The notes under the pieces are model-generated. The model did not search any database. It had not been told where the DNA came from and worked only from the letters and a program-made list of their open reading frames with translations. A stretch of DNA of 64,000 nucleotides from Octopus vulgaris. Its lineage: Eukaryota. Below are positions 54,612-64,000 of this stretch, one piece after another. Position numbers and translations under genes: made by a program. Numbering within the stretch: the first letter of the stretch is position 1; the number at the start of each line of letters is the position of its first letter. The stretch spans positions 105,090,001-105,154,000 of the forward strand of contig OX597817.1 of the NCBI GenBank assembly GCA_951406725.2, in the 5' to 3' direction.

Positions 54612-56954
54612 TCATTTTTGTAATTCTATCAATTCCTCCTGAACATCATCCTCACAATCGACTGCATCGACTTTAAATGGATTGCTATACCAATTTAGAA
54701 TATTCAACGCAATAACATCTTGAACTCGCTCCACCATGTTATTGAGTAATGATTGTAAATAGTTATGATATGTAGTTAAATCCTCATCAGCCAATTCATC
54801 TTTTAAAGAATCAAGTTGTGGAAATTGATGGAATTGACGTTGTGAAATGGTAGTCTTATACAGCACCAATTTCGAAATGAAGGTAGTGATAAATGATTTA
54901 CAATCAACGAGAATTTTTCTGTTTCCTTGTAATAACTTATTCAAATCATTTAATTTTGTGAATATATCACAAAGAAAAATCATATCGCACCTTGCATCCA
55001 TCAATGAAGCGGATGGTAGAGTATCTTCAAAGAAAGATGATTTTATGAAACAGTTCAACAAAGCGTAAAACACAGTTTCCTTTTGATAGCCACCGCACAT
55101 CAGTATGGTATGAGTTTAGTATAATCCCCATCATTTCTCAGACAGAGTTGAAGGAAAATTCAATCAGACAAGGGTCTGGACTTCGATTTGTTCTCAGTCC
55201 TGATAACTAACTGTAGCGCATCATTCAATCTACCATTCATATTTTTTGCCACTAACAGCTGCCGGTGTGCCAAGCAATGAGTAGTTAGTATCTGGTGAGA
55301 GATTTCACTATTTGGGAGAGATGAAAAACCTCTGTATCTTCCTGTCATCGAAGGGGATACATCAGACGCACTGGCAAGAATATTACTGAGTGGGATATTA
55401 CGTCCAAAAAGAAAAGACTTGAGAGTATGAAAAATAGTTGCAGCTTTTGAATCAAGTGGCAATTTCTCTGTGAACAGCATTTCCGCACAAGGATGAAGGT
55501 CTTCATTGAAATACCGGATATATACCATCATCAAATATTAATTGTCCACAACAGTTGACTCATCCAGTTGTATAGAAAATTCAGAACTCTGGAGAATATT
55601 AATGAGCTGATGTTTGACATCGATGGCTGTTTCATCGATGCGTCGAGAAATTGTGCTATTACTAAGTGGGATGTTCATCATAATGTTATCGGATTTTTCG
55701 TGCATAACAGTTGACAAAACCTCTTCGATAACTGGCCGAAGTAATGTTTCTCCAATTGTGTGAGATTTCCCAGACTTAGCAACAAGCAATGCAATATTGT
55801 ACGATGCAATCAATCCGTCATTCTCCTGTTTACTAGTTTCTTGGAGTAGCGTGTTGAAAGTTTGTGTTTGCTTTCTGAAAGAGGAGCTCAATTGCAAGAA
55901 GTATAACAACAGCTTGTCCTTATTGTCAGTATGCTTTGCATCAAAGCGATACTTCAAGCGTGAAGGTTTCATTGCTTCGTTGGTCAATGCTTGATGGCAA
56001 AGAAGGCACATTGGTAACTGACAGTCCTGAGGAGAGGGAATAAATCCAAAGGATAAATAATCACTACTGTACAGTCGACAAACTTTCTTGACTGTAAGCA
56101 TCATCAGTAAAGTGAAAATGTGAAAACGAATTTCTACGAATGGCGTCAGAAAGGCAGTATGGTATTCCCAAAGAGAAGAAGAAGTCAAATGAGCAGAGTC
56201 AGATGACACGTCTTTACTGGAGCAAATATAGATCTAGTTCGTTTGGCTGCCATCATTTCAAAAATTAAAGTTATCGAAAGTTTTAAAATTTGGCACATTA
56301 ATGTACCATTCCATGTTAAATTGTTGGAGTTGTTCAACTTTTTCCAGGAAAATGTTTTAAAAAAGTTATAGAGGTTAAAAATTTATCATTTTCACCCAGT
56401 CAAGAAACACGATTTCAAAGCTGCCATTTTGTGCGTGACTGCACATTTTGTCAACATCCTGAAAATAACACTTGTGTTTTGATATGAAACCACAGAATTA
56501 CGTACGACATATAACCCCTCATAACTTTTTTATTTTTCGGAGTTTTCAGAAAATTTTTGCGAATTTGAATTCTATACGCAGGACTTCATACGATTATGCA
56601 AAATAAAATTTGTAGTGGAGCGTGATTTGAGGCCTAGGCCTAATTGGCTGCTATTTTTAGTATGCATGACAACCATCTGAATGACTGCGACAAAAATATT
56701 CGATCAATAAACAACTCCACTTTTTTAATACAGTATGAGTAGTCAAATCGATAAAAGCGCATCCTTATTCCAGGCATGCCTAGATATCAGTAAATGCAGA
56801 CTTAATCTCTAAAAATTCATTGTCACCCACAAAACGTTGTTATCGCCCACCAAAATCTCAGATTACCCACCATTTTCTAGAAATTCGCGCATCGCCTACC
56901 TATAAGTTGAAATCGCCCACCGGTGGGCGATATCACCCACTTTGGGAAGCTATG
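54612..56954 (-). mobile_element. Decayed hAT transposon, Charlie/Buster group
   Basis: CRLYSSDYLSFGF..PMCLLC..NEAMKPSRLK (BED-like), EFSIQLDEST, SPSMTG, HCLAHRQLLVAK, RWLSKG. Terminal catagcttcccaaagtggg on the minus strand at 56954, with multiple tc(g/a)cccac subterminal repeats. Confidence 0.85.
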
Positions 56955-57326
56955 GATTAAATGCTTTAGATCTTAATATCAGGACTATTCCAGTTTCCAA
57001 AGCACGCTATAAATCAGATTGCTTTGTTTGAGGAGATGGTTTTCCAATTTCTATTGTCGCTTTATATTCCCCTATTGTTTGTTATACATAGGTTCAATTT
57101 CAACAATGGAATTTCAAATATTTCAAATGTTTCTCTGGTAGGTATCTAATCAACATCTATGTTGTTATCGTATACTGATCCCGTAGAATTTTTGCAGATT
57201 GTTTTCTAAGGCTTTGAGAGTGCTATTTCTGTCTAAGACTATATACTTTTATTTATCATTCAGGACCGATATACTGTGTTTTAAGCAGTGAGTACTTGTG
57301 CCATGTGTGTTCATTGTTATGTTATA

Positions 57327-58559
57327 TTGGGCTGTCAATAAATTTGTTCGAATTTTTCCATTTCTTTTAATCATTATAATTCAACAAGTCTAACAAATCA
57401 GTTAATATATCCTTCTTCATTGTTCACGACTTCTTGCCACCATCCCACTAACTTGTCGATGTCCTGACCTGCTGAAATCACCGAGTCTTGACTCGAAGAA
57501 TTCATCGAGCCATGTTTTCACTTTTTTGTCATTTTTGAAGGAAAAGCTTTGCAGACTGTTGGACAGAGACGAAAAAAGTTAATTTGAAGGTGCTGTATCA
57601 GAAGAATACGGTTGGTGCGGTAGAACGTCCCAATACTTTTGGTTAAAATAGCGACGTGGGAGCGAGTTTTGCCGTACTGAAGAAGTACGCCGTGTCGCCA
57701 GTCAGATTGTTTCAGCTGGATTACCCCATTGAGCCGATGCATTTGCTGAACGTAAAGCTCTACATTAAGCGTGTGGTTGTTTTCAAACGTTTCGTATCAA
57801 ACATTTCCCACCAAACCCAGAACATTGTCTTGCGTATATGCAACTCTAGTTTGGCTCGAGGAGTTGCGAGCTTGTCGGGATTCAGCCATTCTTTCCTCTG
57901 CTTCATAGTGATGCAAAGACACCATGTTTCATCAACAGTGACGATGTGGTAAAGAAATCTCTGCTTGTCCACAATTATCCTGGTGTCGAATGAGCAAACT
58001 GGTGGGGATAGAGGAGTGCTGGAGTTTGTTTCTTTTGTTCAGAGAGTGTGGAGCCCATGCACCAAGCTTTTAGCCATTACCCATCAAGGGAAGGTGACGG
58101 GCGACGGTGTCATGCAAGCGCTCTAAGGCAATTCCCACTTTAGTGCGGATCCTCGTGGAAGAGCTGGTTCAACCGATCCTTATTGAACTGGACAAGATGG
58201 CCATAACACGGAGAATCTGTGAAGTTGAATTTCCATGTCCTGAAGAGTGAGAACCATTTTTGTGTTTCCGTACAGTTCTTTCAGAAATAGTGCCTTCTCC
58301 GTAGGTAGCTCAAATATCTCAAACGGCTCTTGAACTTTGATTAAAAGCTAAGAGAAGCAGATGTCAAAGATGCTAATTATTTCTACTTGACTCTCCATCG
58401 CCATATGTTCGAGAAAAAGGTAAAATTCATTAAAATTTCAAAATCAATAAAAGAGAAAGATTACAGCAATAATAAAAAAAAACACATTACGATAGAGTAT
58501 ATTTCGTATTAATTCAAATAAAGCTGGAAAGAAACGAACGAATTTATCTGATAACCCAA
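57327..58559 (-). mobile_element. Full-length decayed mariner (about 1.23 kb)
   Basis: TA-flanked imperfect TIRs ttgggctgtcaataaatttgttcg / cgaacgaatttatctgataacccaa; WAPHSL, FLYHIVTVDETWCL, KTMFWVWW. Confidence 0.88.
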
Positions 58560-59553
58560 TATTTCGGTGCATCATTCGATACTTAATTTTGTTAATTTTC
58601 CTTGAAGGGTTAATTACTGTCATCTGTATGATCTTTAAGTTACTCTAACAATCGTATATTCTGTGCTTTAACTTCTGTATTTTGTAACGATATATTGTTT
58701 ATTTAATCTGTATAATCTGCTGTGAGTATGCAAGCGTATAGGAAATTGTGTAACTGTATTATAGAACTGGGTGCCATAATGTTGAGGTTTGCTATCTTTC
58801 AATTTTACGGTAGTGATAGCGAGCCTGAATCTTTAGTAGCCTTTAAGAGATCTTGCTAAACGCATGCTTACAATGAATGCGAGTTACATTAGCCTGTTGT
58901 ATTTTAGCTGTCTGATACATATAATGTCGGTTTCTTGTTCAGCTGTTGTAGAAGGCTGCCAAATTCAGTGACATCGAATCTAGCAGAAGCGAGATTCGGT
59001 GTCACTGAAAAAATACGGTGATTTGAATTGGTAATGTTTAAACTATTAACATACTTCTTGTTATTCTCATCGGCAACAGTAATATTGCAATCGCTATTAT
59101 TACCATTATTACATTATTAATATTACTACAATTATTTCCTTGTTTACAGAGCCACCAAAATGATTTATAACACTAACTCTTTAAAGCTTCAATTTCTAAC
59201 TTAGACAACCAATGTCCTCTTTTATTGTATATTTTAGTGTTATCCGCGTGGTTGAATATTGTTTCTTTTTATTTTTATTATTTTTTCATCAGCTATTCGT
59301 TGTTCTGAGCAAATTGTATCTACATATATTTACTTCCATTATCGATAAGTTATTTGATCGTCCTTTGATATGGGAATATTTATGACGGCCTGAAAATAGT
59401 TTCTGACAACATTCAAATTTATTTCTTTTGTTCATCTTGTTCTTTGTCTCGTTGACGCAGGATAACAATGTCACAGTGTTCTCCCTGAGAAAATAAATTG
59501 CTGCCCGCAACTCTATGCTTTTCTAATCATGATCGCGTTAGGTCTTGGAGAAA

Positions 59554-63871
<4,318 letters not shown>

Positions 63872-64000
63872 GAACGGACTGTCGATAGAGGGCAGGAAAA
63901 AATTGCTTGCGGTATTTGTTCCGGCTCATTACATTTTGAGTTCAAATCCCATTGAGGGGCGGATAAAATATCAACTAAGATTGATATAATTGACTAACCC

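Overview
Repeat-dominated, AT-rich animal genomic DNA. The SINE families and microsatellite density suggest a coleoid cephalopod such as Octopus (inference). No complete host gene is visible, only a few candidate + strand micro-exons encoding a signal-peptide-like N-terminus. The centre (about 28.9-47.2 kb) is an (ATT/TAA)n microsatellite repeatedly colonised by non-LTR retrotransposons. It holds two full-length, near-identical, head-to-tail Tx1-clade elements (ORF1 with zinc knuckle; intact APE-RT ORF2), each bounded by (ATT)n, plus an older Tx1 fragment. It also holds several R4/Dong-like RLE-element 3' ends, a short internally deleted derivative, and an apparently perfect 3.4 kb (CAT)n run. 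Elsewhere are a Penelope-like element remnant and four unrelated fold-back elements, each with a central hammerhead ribozyme motif. A 5'-truncated CR1-like LINE has a 3' stem-loop that covaries with the dominant SINE's tail. The rest is three SINE-like families, mariner, hAT and MULE DNA-transposon relics, and a second R4/Dong-like element in (TAA)n. Most ORFs in the supplied track are translations of microsatellites or antisense shadows. All motif calls are by eye; no searches were run.
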